A DNA stretch of 64,000 nucleotides. It comes from Sphyrna mokarran (lineage: Eukaryota). A program made the position numbers and the translations under genes. A model generated the notes under the pieces. It worked only from the letters and a program-made list of their open reading frames with translations. It was not told the DNA's origin and ran no database searches. Below, piece by piece: positions 24,990 through 39,664 of this stretch (positions are counted from its first letter, which is position 1; every line of letters starts with the position of its first letter). Location: assembly GCA_024679065.1 (NCBI GenBank), contig JAGIQG010000016.1, positions 51,956,001-52,020,000 of the forward strand, in the 5' to 3' direction.

Positions 24990-25290
24990 AAAGGAAATTT
25001 CTGTTCATCCGGTATAGAAAGATGAACAAAGTGTTATTAACTGGACAGTAGTAGAGTCCAAGGAGGATAGCAGAGAGAGAGAGAGCTGAGTGTTAGAATA
25101 TGTGATATTTGATGTGTTTTTGGAAATGTCACTGAGGGAAAGCACACAGATTAGAAATAGAAGGGGACCAAGAATAGATTTGTGGAAAACCCCAGAGGTT
25201 ATGGTGGCAGTTGAGGTTGGCCAATATCTGTTGGACATGCCAGTGATGCTTACTTCGTATGAAATGAAATGAGTGGATATGGGGGCGTGC
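24990..25290 (-). mobile_element. Decayed L2-like RT fragment
   Basis: ORF 25005-25238 ITSGVFHKSILGPLLFLICVL, a degenerate GVPQGSILGPLLF motif. Confidence 0.65.
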
Positions 25291-26637
25291 AGCAGTGGTT
25301 TTGAGAGCTCTGGTGCTACTCATTTTTTTAATCCTTTTGTTATCCTTATGCACAACCCATAATTTTGATCCTGAAACATGTTCCTGGAAGATCCTGGCTA
25401 AATTTTGGCAACTGAGAGTCAAGTTAAGACCAGAAAATCTTTGTCTAATTTGAGGTGCTCAAAGACAGTCGGGGTGGGGCCCAATTGTGGTGAGCAGGCC
25501 TACACTACAGCAGTGCCATTGGCACAGAGATGAATGGCTACCATTATGAGTGAAGCTCCCTGGCATAGATTATTGGTCCCAACATTAATGAACCGAGAGA
25601 TCTCCTGAAGAGAATGGATGAAGCATAGAAGAGAATCCTGTCAGTCGAAAAGGGCAATTTGGAAATCTTGCTGCGTGGTATGACGAGCAGCCTGGTTGAT
25701 TCAGGAAGATGGGGCTGGAGAAGGAGTATCTGTGTGCCAGGTCACCCGAGGGGAGCAAAGATGAATTCCCCACCAATTGAGAGGTGTCTGCCATGCTTTT
25801 ACGATTTGAAGGCTGGGTGTTTTGAGTTCAATGATGCACATCCTGTCTTTGAGGCCTGGGATCGGTCAAAGACTCCAGTGACTGGCCTTATGTTATCTTG
25901 TCTTTGGTGTTCATTGAGAACGCTGGAGCTGACCAGATATGATGGGTCTTCACTGCCTCCTGGGGTCTAGTTTTCTCTTTACCAGGGATTTGGGATGATA
26001 AGGTAGTGCAGGTGCAAAGATTTCACTGAAATTCTGAATGGATCCTGAGTTTGCTCAATATCGTGGCTCTGGCCTTCTCAAGCTCTTTGGATGGTTATAG
26101 TATCCTGCAGTTTATCATTAATCTTCAACTTTGTTCCCTTGTAATTATACCCCTGATTTTGTGATTTTGTTTTTATCCTGACGTGTATGTGATATGAGCA
26201 CAGAGGCATTTGTCACCTGTTATACCACGAAAATTAGCCTTGTCCATTTTTTCTCTTTGGTGGTATCTGTCCATTGGCATGCTCTGATGGTGGAGCAAGT
26301 GAGGCCTTGTTTAATGTGCATTACTACTTGCATTTGTTTTGATTTTCTGATATGGGGGAGCGGGTTGGATAATACAGTCTGTCCACCTGGCTTTTGACTC
26401 TATATCAAATTCTAATTCTTGAGTTTGTGTTTGCAATATGGGGATATTTTGTTGTCTGGGGATTGTTTATCTCTTTTCTATTAGTGAGAATGTGCTGAAT
26501 TAGTTGTGTGGTATTTCCCTGTCTCTTTGTGCTGTAATCCTTGCATTACACTGAGGGAGTATATTTTTTGATGCCCGTCACTGTTTATAGATGAATGATG
26601 TCACAGTAGGATGACAGGAAAGTTGGTATAGAATGCC

Positions 26638-26930
26638 TGTTAGCACTGCTACCTCAGTGTCGGAGACCTGGGTTCAATTCTAATCTTGGGTCACTTTCCT
26701 GTGTGAATTTTGCATCATTTTTCAAGTGGCTGCATGGGTTTCCTCTGAGTGCTCTGGTTTCCTCCCACAACCCAAAGGTGTGCAGGTTAGGCTGATTGGC
26801 ATGCTAAATGTCTGTTAATGTCAGGGGACTTGCTGGATAAATATGTAAAATTATGAGGGTAGGGCCTGTGTGGAATTGAGGTCGATGTAAATTTGATGGC
26901 ACCTTCTGCACTAAGGGATTTTTATGAACT
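26638..26930 (+). mobile_element. HE1-type V-SINE
   Basis: gttagcactgctacctcag...gggttcaattc, V-domain and CR1-like tail. Confidence 0.8.
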
Positions 26931-27787
26931 ACTGGTGTTGCATTTTTCTTTTTACTTTTGATATTTTGGATTAGGGGAGCCTTGCTCTTCTCCAATGACG
27001 TTACATTCAGATCACATCCTGGAAAAGAATTAGATCTTTTCTGTCATTGGCACTGTGGTGGTGTTGGAGTGAGGAGAAATATGTATTGGTGCATACCTGG
27101 GCATGGTCAGCTAATCCTCGGATATCTAGCCTTTCTTGAGTTGGTCTTTATTTACTTGACTATGCAGGCAGTGACAGTGATTACTTGATTGCTTAGCACA
27201 TGGAATGTACGGTGGGCATATCCTGTTGTCCTTTGGAAGGGAAATGGATAGAATCTCATTGATGGCAGGACATAAGTGGCACCTTTGGGTCTTTCTACAA
27301 ATCTTGTTACTGTTGCTGGTTAGCATATCCCTGAAACCAGCTACCGTGATTGCTTGTTTTTTTTTCTGTAGATCTATGTGGAATAATTACTCCATATTCT
27401 ATAGATTTTAGGGATTTGTTGCATCTTGTGGTAAAATGTGAAACCCTTAGCAAAAACTTTTTTATTTTTTTTAGAAGAATCAAGAATGAGAAGAGGAACA
27501 AGGGATTAACTGACTTGGACTAGATAGATGAGAAGAATGGAAGTGATTCTTTTCAGTTTTGTCTGGTTGAGCAATGGAAGAAAAGTGCTAGAAAATGTCG
27601 TGATTAACTGCGTCAAAGGTTGCTGACCATATCAAAAAGGATGAGAAGCAACAGTTCATCATGATTGCAGGGTCACAAAGTTATTTAAGCTGGTATACAT
27701 GTGATAATGGAGTCTCAAATTTAAATGTGCATTCTCAGCAGTGGTGGCTCTAGGCTCACCAAAAGTAAGATGCGCTACCCACCCACT

Positions 27788-28082
27788 AGCAGTGGTTAGC
27801 ACTGCTGCCTCATAGCGCCCAGGACCCACGTTCAATTCCTGGCTTGGCTCACGATCTGTGTGGAGTTTGAACGTTTTCCCCATGTTTGCATGGGTTTCCT
27901 CCGGGTGCTCTGGTTTCTTTCCACACACCAAAGATGTGCAGGTTAAGTGGATTGCCCATGCTAAATTGCCTCTGTGTCAGAGGGAACGAGTTAGGGCAAA
28001 TGTATGGGTTATGGGGATAGGGGCCGGGTGGGATAGTGTTTGGTGTAGACTTGATAGGCCAAATGGCCTATTCTGTGATTAT
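27788..28082 (+). mobile_element. HE1-type V-SINE
   Basis: agcagtggttagcactgctgcctcatagcgcc head and V-domain. Confidence 0.85.
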
Positions 28083-31000
28083 ATGACTTACCTGTATTCT
28101 CGGCCTGATTTTAACCTCAGTCGATACAGGTGAAGAACCATGGATTGTGGTGAATGTTATCTGCTCGTGGGTAGAAAAGAGAAGTTTAGTGCTATTAAGG
28201 TGTTGGTTACCTTTTGACCTGTAGTAAAGAGTAGTATTTAAATATATTAACCCAGCATCTGTATCTTTAATTTCAGACTAAACTCTGATACAGAGTTACT
28301 CTGTCACCATTGAGGTGGCTATTGAATCTTATCGCGATCTGATTGAAACTTGTATCGCTCCATTTGTGGGCTTAATTCATTACCAATTTAAATTCCAAAA
28401 ACATTTCACCATAAAATCCCCCAAAGCTAAAATATTGTTGACAGTTTTACTGTCTTTGGGTGTTTTATGATGCTTTTCAATCTGAGGATGTTGTCCAAGT
28501 TCAGATGATATTCCAATTTATTCTACATTTTTGTCCAAGAATGATGTTTTACAAAGATTGAAACATTAAGCAAGGAAACATAGCAAACCATCAATAACTA
28601 ATGATCTAGGTGTAAAGCATTTTCTTGAACATCTTCAAAGTCTTTAAGGAGAACTTATTTACAGGTTTTCCCTCCAATACAGCCAGGTACATATTCTCAA
28701 CATGGCAATTACTGGAGAGTATGCTAGTTGAACTGTGCATATCCAATACATTTCAGCTCTGAAGCAGAAAATGTCTGGGTCGGACCAGTTTTCTTATATC
28801 TAGACAGTAATGGTATTGTGCATCTCTCATTTTAAAGTCGGGATGTTTTCGATACCTAATACATGAACTACGTTTGCTCAAAAGTCCTCTAAATTAAGTT
28901 TATATTGCAGGGGACTGTTTCACGCACCAGGCCATTTACCTATATAATTCCCACTTCCGGCTACTCTTCCTTGGTTGTGAACACCTTAGTTGCACCTTCC
29001 TATCCCTTTATCTCTTGATCACTTCTAATTATTCTTTTGGGGAATGCATTTGGATCACCGTACTGATATGATGTTCCAGAAGTTGATCAGCTTCTTGATG
29101 CTCCTTCCCAAAGCCTCTCACGAGGTTGGAGTTTCGTAGTTTCCTGGTATCTGTGAAATTTTATCCCCATAATCAAGTGCAATGGCAAAGCCAGGAGAAT
29201 AAGAGTACAAATATTTTAGCCAAGACTACTAGATTGTACTGTCAAGCATAGAGTTGGGTGACTGTTCAAAAGTACACTGGGAGCCGAGACAAAAATGAAA
29301 GAAGTTAGAAGACATTAAAGAAGTGATCAGTGCATTTAAGATTCCTTTCTATTTTTGGTATAGAATCACTTGTTGGCAAGTGCTTTCAACAAGTGGATTT
29401 AGTTTTGCAGATACATTTGTCATAGAATCCTTACTGTGTAGAAGGAGACCATTCAGCCCATCAAGTCGCACTGACAGCAATCCCACCCAAGTCCTATCCC
29501 CGTAACTCCACATATTTACCCAGCTAATCCCTCTAATGTACGGATCGCCAATGACTTTCAGAGAACCAGCCAGTTCATAGATGTTTTTATTTGTCGTCAA
29601 GCACACTTTATCTGCAGTGGAGCTATCAGCATCGCAATTTAATAGCCCCCTTTTTTTTCTCACTTATCAGATGGCTGGCAACACAAGCACATTCCAGTAA
29701 AGTTTACAGAACTGTTTTTGCTGTTAAATTTAAAAGATGGTGCTATTTTTAAAAATCTCAAAGGGAAGTACAGAGATACTTAGTTATATCAGCAGGGGGG
29801 ACGTTGAATTGCAGAAGGACAAAATGAATGCAGTATTAGCATTATGATTTTTATAGAATCTGCAAGACATTTTGCTCTGGTAAGTGCTTATCAATGTAGC
29901 CTGGAGTACCCTTGGATAATGGTCAGTAGCAGCACCAGTGAGTTCCCATCGGAGTTGCTATCAGCTCATTCATTGGCGATGAATTGTACGAGTTATTCAG
30001 ATGTCTTCGTTTTCCTGCCCCTTGTTGTTTAGCAGTGGAGAACACCATTAAAATTTAGCTTTAACTTTTTACCCCACATTAAAAAAAATTATGGCAAGTT
30101 AGACACATTGTATTTTTATACAGGATAGCTTCATCTTCAGCATTACTGAAGGAAGGAGAGTGAAGGAATCAGCCGCAGCTTCATGGTTCTGAGGCGGAGT
30201 TCTCCCAAATAAAATTCTGAGTGTTAGAACAGCGGGATTGATAGTGGGATCTGCACTGGTCTCATAGGCACACTGTATATCTCAATCCTACCTCACAGTC
30301 ATGTTTTTAGAGAGTTGGGAGTTTCGAGCCAGTAATAAGAGGGTACACGCTGGTGAACCTGGCTTCAGAGAGCTTGGATGTCATTTTGCAAGTGCCCTGA
30401 TCTCTCAATGCACTGGAGGCCCCCCCTTCCTCATCCCCTTTCTTCGGTGGCATGACCTTCCCTCCCTGATAGAGGTCAGAGGCATCAGCATTCCCACTAT
30501 GACCACCCCTGTCGTGGCTGCCTCACAGGCCCCACCCACTCAACACTGGCAGTGCCAAAATCCCACCACTGACCAGTCCAGTGGCCACTGCTGAGATCTG
30601 CCATCAGGCTGCCAGGTAGGTACTGCCCAACAGGCACCACCTGGCCATGCTGCTGACCACTCCAGGGCTTCACTGACCACCGAGATCCCTGGCATAACCA
30701 TCATGCCATGTTTCTGCTAATGAAGACCAGTAGTGATTCTCACTTTAATCTCGCTGCGCCCAAAAGCCAGTGAATTTTGCGTGCTGGATTTGAACAGAGT
30801 ATGCATATTGAAATACTACTTTAACTATGTTAATCGGATCCTGTCCGGTTTGCGTCAGTAGAAAGGGGCTGGGAGAATTTCAAACTGTTTGGCCTCAGAC
30901 GCGAAGCAGATTTTGAGGCTTGTACACTATTCTCTGGGATCAATGTGCTGTACTAGTGTGACGAAGTCAGAGAGTCACTTCCCTGATCACTCGTCATAGA

Positions 31001-31732
31001 TGATGGGTGAAAATTGCATGCGTGAGGATCTTGAGAGAATAAGCTTAGGCTTAGCAATGAAAACCTGGCTCCCGTCATTGAATAGTGCCCATGAGACACC
31101 AGCTTGGGGAAGGGAATGCAGGAAGTGGTTTTTCTCCCATGAGTATGAATAATGTCCTCAGTGGGTCAGAAATCCAGTACTTGTTAAAATGCTACTCATT
31201 TACTTTTTAACTCAACTGCATCTCCAAATATTTACCAGTTAGCTGCAGTAAGTAGATGCCATTCTACAAGTGGAAACATACACCAGCACCAGAAAGGAAC
31301 ATCTTCAAAAGCGGCCTTGGCACTTCTGATGTCAGTAATAACCCATTGTCACACGTTACCCGCAAATCTTTGCCACAGACTTAAAAATATTTCAGATGAT
31401 TTGAGTTGCTTCGTTTTCTCAACATAAAAAGATTTGTCTGAAAGAAAATTAAATTGAGTACTTGCAGTTTGTTTCACTTAACTGGCTGGGCAGTTACTGT
31501 TAATAAATATTTGCTTTTAGATTTTTCCCAAATATGCTTGATGCTCTTTTTGAGGTTAGCAGCAAATGTAGATATGTCAAAATATGTGGCATATATTGTT
31601 AAGACTGAGTGGAGCTCCACCAACTGGAGGTATGTCGAATAGACCCTTGTCTCATTCAGTAAGATGACCATCCTGATTTGCTCACGTTTTTCAGAGTATT
31701 GGGTGCAGGTTTTACAAATTTCCATATTCCAC

Positions 31733-32072
31733 AGCAAGGCACAGTGGTTAGCTCTGCTGTCTCACAGCTCCAGAGACCTGAATTCGATTCCCAACTTGGG
31801 TCAATGTCTGTGTGAAATTTGCACATTCTTCCCATGGGTTTGCATGGGTTTCCTCCCACTGTCCAAAGATGTGCAGGTTAGGTTGATTGACATGCGGGCT
31901 AGGTTGATAGGATATGCTAAATTAACCCTTAATGTTCCGGGTGCGACAGGTTAGAGGGATTAGCACAGTAACTAAAAGGAGATAGGGCCTGGGTGGAATT
32001 GTTGTCGGTGAAGACTTGATGGGTTGAATGGCCTCCTTTTGCACTGTAGGGATTGTATGATTTCTATGATTC
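31733..32072 (+). mobile_element. HE1-type V-SINE
   Basis: ggcacagtggttagctctgctgtctcacagc head; internal duplication of the gtgcaggttaggttgat block; ttctatgatt tail. Confidence 0.85.
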
Positions 32073-32464
32073 AGCCTAAAGTCTCTTGTACTATGAATAC
32101 GTGCTGGAAACATGGGGAAAAAAGCTCAGTGATTCCACAAGAGATTTCCACCCCCATTAGTTTTTCACGGGGTTAGCAACAAACATCATCACAAAGAGAG
32201 CAGGAATACATTCCAATAGCTAATATCAAACTCAGGCCTGTAAAATTCAAATTTTTTTTTTAGTTCGAGCAGTTCCTGGTCATGTGGTGAATCTTGTGCC
32301 GTTTCTCTGATGTTGTTCAACTTGTATTTAAGCACTATTGAAGTTTTGGTGGCCGTTCTTTATGTGAAAAAAAGTCATAGTCAGAGAGTTTTACGCACAG
32401 AAAGAGGTTCTTCGTGTTTATCAAACACCTGTCCAATCTAATCTAATTCCGTTTTCCAACACTT

Positions 32465-33128
32465 AGAACATAGAACATAGAACATTACAGCACAGAACAG
32501 GCCCTTCGGCCTTCGATGTTGCACCGACCAATATAAAAAGCAATGCCCCTCCAAACTAAACCATTCCCTTCTCTTCCATATACTTATCAACTAACCTCTT
32601 AAACGCCACCAAACTTGGCGCATCTACAACCACTGCAGGCAGGGCATTCCACTCCCGAACCACCCTTTGGGTAAAGAACCTGCCTCTGATATCCGTCCTA
32701 TAACTATCACCCCTTAATTTAAAGCTGTGTCCCCTCGTGCTAGCTTTTTCCATCCTAGGAAAAAGGCTATCACTGTCCACCCTATCTAAACCTCTAATCA
32801 TCTTATATGTTTCAATAAGGTCCCCTCTTAGCCGCCTCCTTTCTAACGAAAACAACCTCAAATCCCTCAGCCTCTCTTCATAAGACCTGCCTCCATACCA
32901 GGCAACATCCTGGTAAACCTCCTCTGTACCCTCTCCAATGCCTCCACATCTTTCTTATAATGTGGGGACCAGAACTGCACACAATACTCCAAGTGCGGCC
33001 GCACTAGAGTTTTGTACAGTTGCAACATGACGTTGCGGCTCCGAAATTCAATCCCTCTACCAATAAAAGCCAAGACTCCATATGCCTTCCTAACAACCTT
33101 CTCGACCTGACTGCCTACTTTCAGGGAT
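32465..33128 (-). mobile_element. Young CR1 LINE inserted into the 3' end of an older CR1 (about 32375-33280)
   Basis: ORFs 32556-32861 and 32867-33277; (TTCTATG)n tail; ACTT duplicated at 32461-32464 and 33135-33138. Confidence 0.92.
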
Positions 33129-33725
33129 GAAAGTACTTGGTCTGTGGCTGTCAGGAGCTTTGTAATGCTTTGATGTTCCAAGTGCTCATCTAAATGCTTC
33201 TTAAATGTTGCGACGGTTCGTGCTTCTACCATCCTTTCAGCCAATGAATTCCAGATTCCTAACACCCTCTGAGCCAAAGAATCCTGCCCCCAACCTTCAA
33301 TCTAAATAAATCTTAAGTAAACTTTGAATCTTCATGTGCAAGTCTTAATTAGCTTGTCTAAATTTGCAGAGGAATTAAATTTTTTTTTGTTTTACTGAGG
33401 ATGGGATGGAGGTGAAAACATGAGGCAGGAAATTGTTGTATGATGGTTTTGATTAGCTGAGGAATAGTTGTAGAGATGGAAGAGATGTCTGAACACTAAT
33501 TGATTTATTGGAAGACCGTAAATATTTTCAGATATATAAGAGTACAAGTATTACTCGGTCTAAGCCTTGAGCTTTTGTCTATTAGACTCTTAAACCATAA
33601 TTTTACTGTCCCACTCACCATGGGAATCAGCAAGTGAGGGGAAGACGATGGGAAAGTCCATTGACTTTGGGTGGAATTTTATGGTTTTGGGATAAGTGAG
33701 GCCATAAATCTTGCCCCTAGACTCT

Positions 33726-34010
33726 TGGGCACAGTGATTAGCACTGCTGCCTCATGGCACCAGGGACCTGGTTCAATTCCTGGCTTAGGTCGCTGTCTGC
33801 ATGTTCTGCCTGTGTCTGCGTGGATTTTCTCTGCATAACCTGGTTTCCTCCCACAATCCAAAAGACATGTTGGTTAGGTGCATTGGCTATGCTAAATTCC
33901 CCCTCAATGTACCTGACAGGCACTGAAGTGTGACAACTCGGGGGTTTTCACAGATAACTTTGTTGCAGTGTTAATGTAAGCCACCTTGTGACACTAATAA
34001 ATAAACTTAA
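33726..34010 (+). mobile_element. V-SINE with type B tail
   Basis: Same head, V-domain and tail as 21268-21563. Confidence 0.85.
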
Positions 34011-34364
34011 ATTTAAACTGCTGCATGAAAAGACTGAAAAAGCATTAAAGATCTTTAGTCATCTGATGAGCACCACTACTCCCATACATTAATCTTTACA
34101 GCCCTGAACATCATAAAACTACATCTCCCCCCAAGTTTTTGTCCATGTATATCTTAATTTATATTTACATACTACCCAGTCTCTGACTTTGAGTTTAATC
34201 AGTCTGGAGGTTTCATGACTCTTCCTGTAACATACTCTTCCGTATGTTTGCTTTTTAAACAGTAATTTGTTTTTTTACAAATACAAATGTAAATCTGTCT
34301 AGTTATCTATTAATTTTATGTACAATTGTATTAAATGTTGCTAATAACTTTGTGTTGTTTTTAG

Positions 34365-34550
<186 letters not shown>

Positions 34551-34707
34551 TGACAGGCTGTGCTCTTCCTATGTATAAAAACATGGGCTTGCAAACTGGC
34601 AATTGCAACAAGGTTGCAGAGGATCCCATAAGCTCTTGATTCTGTGCCTGCCATGTGCTGTGAACATACATTTCAAATTCTGTACTTTCCAAGTGGACCA
34701 AGAGTAG

Positions 34708-34979
34708 GAGGGGTTAGCATTACTGCCTCACAGGCCAGGGATCTATATTTGACTCTCTGCTTGGGTCACTGTCTGTGCAGGTTCTGCATGTTCTCCTCGT
34801 GTTTGCGTGGGTTTCCTCCAGGTCCTCCAGTTTCCTAGCATAGTGTGAAAGATGTGTTGGTTAGATGCTGAATTCTCCCTCAATGTACCCAAACAGGTGT
34901 CAGAATGTGGCAACTAGGGGATTTTCATTAACTTCATTATAGTGTTAATGTAAGCCTATTGTGGCACTAATAAATAAAC
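34708..34979 (+). mobile_element. V-SINE with type B tail
   Basis: ggttagcattactgcctcacagg...ctaggggattttca...tgtaagcc...aataaataaac. Confidence 0.8.
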
Positions 34980-36432
34980 GACACAAATAAATGGGTATGA
35001 GTCAGATTTAGATTCAAGTTCTGAATTATGAGCACAAGAGAAGTGCAAAACAGAGCACTTTAGCAAGAAGTAAACAAGATCATTATTATGCAGATAAAAG
35101 TTAACCACACATTAAACCTAAACTGCGTGAGAAGATTGCAGCTATGCCCAGTGGGCTAGCAAAAAGATTTAAACATTGACAAGTGTGGAGCAAAGAGAGT
35201 TATTCTGCTGTTTATATCAACTGCTAACTGAAATTATTTGTCATCTGCTTTCAATATGGGCAATCATTGAGTTTGGCAAGACGGATTCAGTTCTTGCGGA
35301 AAAATAAAATCCAGGAGTATGGAATATATATTTTAGAATTGGCAACTAGAAATTACTGTTGACAACATTAATGGACAAATAGAAGTGAAAAGAGAGGATT
35401 TTCAACAAGGATGGACACACAGTGGAAACACTATGGATAGAAGGAAAGATCAGTAGAGAAAACAAAACACTCCATACAGGCAGTAGCCCAAGCTAGATGT
35501 CGAACCTGGTCTCTGGTGCTCTGAGGCAACTAACCACTCATACTGCCCTGTAAATACCTACCCTTTTAAAGTCAGTAATATAACTTCCTCTGTTCTGTAC
35601 CTGAATCATTCCTTTGGTTATGGGATTCCATATTTCTGCCAATAACTAGGTATGGAAGTGAAGCAAGTAATTTTACAGAGCGTATATCTAGAATCATCCC
35701 TCCTCTGTCGAAGGAGGCCATTCAGCACATTGAATCTGCATTGACCACAATCCTACCCAGGGCTTATCCCCGTAACCATCACCAGCACCACCCCCTAATC
35801 TCTTGATACTAGGGTCAATTTAGCATGGCCAATCAACCTAACACACACATCTTTAGACCTGCAATTGCTCTGTTAATACTAGCATCTGGACACAACATAT
35901 TTCTGAACGCTCTCTCCTGGTTAAACACCGTAATATCACAGAATACTTGCAAGGCTTTTTATTCGCCTTTGTCGTTTTGGTACCATCAGTTCATTATAGA
36001 AATTCAACACAGACAAATTGCTAAATCTTGAAATATGAACAATGTATTAATGCTGGAAAACAGACTTTCTTTAATACCATTTGTTTCAAAAGCAAAACTT
36101 GATGACAGTGTTTAGAATTTATAACAGCAAAGTAAAATATTGATGACAATTGTATGGTTTTGAAAATACCAACTGTAAAACTTAAAAGCTTTACTTCCCA
36201 CCATAAAAGAATTTGCTGTAATTGGTCTTGTGAAATGATGTTGTTTTTAGTTGGCATGTGCGTGTGCGTTTTTAAACTGCTTGTTGCAAAATAGCAAGAC
36301 CTCATTAGCACAAGCTAATACAGAATGGTGAATCAACTGATGAACTCAATGTCCCCAATGCAGCAATTGGAATTTTTTGGCTGTTGACTTTACTTGGACT
36401 CTAATCTCCATTTTTGATTTTTTTTTTTCTAA

Positions 36433-36570
<138 letters not shown>

Positions 36571-36964
36571 TAAGAAACAGTCATACTGTTGTATGAACCT
36601 TGCATTTCTTTGCACTTGCAGTAATAACTGAAGACCACATTCAATACAGCTGTAGAGTTGGTGTGAAGCAGGCTCACTTCATGTTAGTGCCTCAGTTATT
36701 GTACAAATGCAGTCTGAATCCTGAATCAGGAACTCATTTAAACCGTGACACAGTAGTGTGAATCCTCCTTGGAGAAGGAATCTGAGTCCATTTAATTTTG
36801 GAGTCCCCAATTTGCATTCCTAAGTTTAGCATTGGTGGCATGCCAAAACTATATCATATTGATCAAATATGTAAGATGAATGTGCTATTGTACATCTAAC
36901 AGTTGATTTACATTGTGGCTGTCAATAAGGTCAGATCATACATATCAGTCACTCATTTACTATT

Positions 36965-37480
36965 AATAGAACATAACAGCACAGTGCAGGGTCTTTGGTC
37001 CTCTGTTGTGCTGACGAGTGGAACCAATTTAATGACCCTCTAACCTAAACTAATCCAATATTATCCAAATGCCTATCCTATCATCATTTGAATGCCCTTA
37101 AAGTTGGCGAGTCCACTACTGCTGCAGGCAGAGCATTCCATGCCCTTACTATCCTCTGAGTAAAGAACCTACCTCTGACATCCATCTTAGCTTTAAACTG
37201 AGGGATGATAAATATATGTCCCCTCTTGTTAGCCATTACCATCCAAGGAAAAAGGATCTCACTGTCCACCCTATTTAATCCTCTGATCATCTTCTATGCC
37301 TCAATTAGGTCACCTTTTAACTTCTTCTTTCTAATGAAAACAACCTCAAATCCTTTAGCCTTTCCTCATAAGATCTTCCACCATATCAGGCAACATCCTG
37401 GTAAATCTCCTCTGCACCCTTTCCAATGCTTCCACATCTTATAATTTGGCGACCAGAACAGTATGCAATACTTCAACTCC
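36965..37480 (-). mobile_element. CR1-type LINE 3' fragment
   Basis: ORF 37084-37290 MIRGLNRVDSEILFP...GRFFTQRIVRAWNALP. Confidence 0.88.
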
Positions 37481-37554
37481 AAGTATAATGACAAATATTT
37501 AGATTACTACTTCTATTTGAGAGATTTTTATACATTCACATTTACATTGAAAGC

Positions 37555-37966
37555 ATGTTTATCATTGTCATATGGGACATTCTTTCTTGTGTGCTATACA
37601 TACTGTTCATAGAGTATATAGGGGAGAAGAGGAGGATGCAGAATGTAGTGTTACAATCACAACCAGGGTGTAAAGAAAGATTAGCTTGGTATAAAGCAAG
37701 TCAATCCAAAAGTCTGATGGCAGTAGGGAAGAAGCTGTTCTTGAGTCAATCAGTCAGTGATCTCAGACTTTTATATATTTTTCCTGACGGAAGAAGGTGG
37801 AAAAGATATGTCCGAGGTGCATGGGGACCTAGATTATGGTGGCTGCTTTTCTGAGGCAATGGGAAGCGTAGATGGAGTTGATGGATGCAGGGGGCTGGTT
37901 TGCATGATCGAGTGGGCTCCATTCACAATCCTTTGTAGTTTCTTGTGGTCTTGATCAGAGCAGGAG
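37555..37966 (-). mobile_element. Rex1/Babar-type LINE 3' fragment
   Basis: Reverse complement of the element at 46962-47484 (CSxQDxKKLQR block and the same 3' UTR). Confidence 0.75.
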
Positions 37967-38082
37967 TCAGCGAGTGAAGACCGGTGTAGTCGGGCTCTGG
38001 TAGAAATTTGAGAACAAGTGGAATGTGCCTGTCTCTTTTTTTAAAAAAATACAAATAAATCGCTGTCACATTTTTGATTTAA

Positions 38083-38286
<204 letters not shown>

Positions 38287-39571
38287 TGATTTGCCATATT
38301 TGGACATATGATGGGGAAATGCAAAAAAAAAAGTAACTCAGACCACCGTTTTAGATTTAACTGTTTTAAGACCTGCACTTGCATTTTTTTTTTGCACCTT
38401 GTCCAGTGAGAATAATTTTCAATATTCTTGAAAATGTGAGCAGAGTGTTGGCACAAAACTTCAAGTTCATCAGTCCTTGGATGGCTGAACTATAGGGTTT
38501 ATTTTTTTTCTGAAGCAAGTGTTTAAAGTAATATTGGTAATGTATTTTCATTGACATCATAAGTTTTATCTTTTATTGTGCACTATTTTTATACTGAAGG
38601 TAGCACTTATCAAGCAGAACCTTACAGCCTCCTTTACAGCAATGTCATGTTTACATCTTTTATAAATGGAAGGTCAGCTGAATTGTTTCAGCCCCTTATG
38701 GGCTCTTAGAGCACAGAAAATTCCCAATCCGTACATAGTTCCATACAGTGAGAGTAGTTGTAGGAAAGAACTTAATCTATTTGTACAGTGTCTCAAAGAA
38801 CTTGATACATTTGGAACCAATGTCTGCAAAGGGGAAGGGGGGGGAAATGAAAGACAAAGTTATTCAGAATATTTTCAAAGACTAAATATTGACTATCATC
38901 AATAAAGAAGGCTATGAGTACCCTGTTTCATATTAGCTATTTAGAATTTTTGCTAGTCTGTCTTACTTAGGCTTACCCAGAAAGCCATCAATGGTGAAGA
39001 AATGGGGAGCCTTCATCGCTTGTACATTCCCTTTGAAGGCTCATTTGTGGTTGGCATTAAGTCCAAGTTGACTCGGACCAGTAAACAATGTCGGAAATAC
39101 TGCACGTATTTACCTTGCAGCTTCATCACGTGATTAGTGCTTCATGTCATTTCTCCAAGATTCACTATACTGGATAAATTCAAAGTGAGTGGCTTGAAGA
39201 GGGGAGAGAGACCTACTGAGCCAAAGTTTTAGAAATAATTCTAGTCTATGAAATCAAAACTAAATCATTAATTTAGTTGATCTCTTTTATTTACAGAATT
39301 TTTTAAAGTTTTTTTTATCAGGTGTGTGATTTAATAGATATTTGGAAATAATTTATAACAGTGTGCTAAAACCAATAAGTTTCATTTTTAGCAACAGTTT
39401 AGACCAAGGTGTATCAGAATTTTGTTTAATAATGGACAGGAGCTTAAAGATTTATAAACTATGCATCATTATTTCTCAAAGCTTAAAATGATTTCAAAAT
39501 TTAAAAAAAGTACTATAATTATGAAAATGTAGCAATTCATATTGTATATTTTATTAATGCTTGAGGTATGA

Positions 39572-39577
39572 AATAAA
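39572..39577 (+). terminator. Likely HCK polyadenylation signal (3' UTR about 1.3 kb); alternative AATAAA at 38901-38906
   Basis: AATAAA after an AT-rich, repeat-free UTR and followed by GT-rich gttgttagtt; repeats resume at about 39665. Confidence 0.55.
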
Positions 39578-39664
39578 GTGCCTTAATCTTCCAGTTGTTA
39601 GTTCTGAAATTTATCAGATATGTGGAATTGTTATTGATTCAACTAGTTGAACTTACTAATATAA

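Noticed and set aside
25560-26560. Possible decayed LTR-retrotransposon gag on the minus strand
   Set aside because: Only faint resemblance, with no readable motif or LTR boundary
30180-30985. GC-richer block resembling a non-autonomous DNA transposon; similar short elements near 3845, 7895, 33595 and 40978
   Set aside because: Terminal inverted repeats are too degenerate to define by eye; not listed as features
32867-33277. 136-aa ORF that looks like a rearranged RT C-terminus
   Set aside because: Chance read-through from an older CR1 tail into the young CR1 inserted in it
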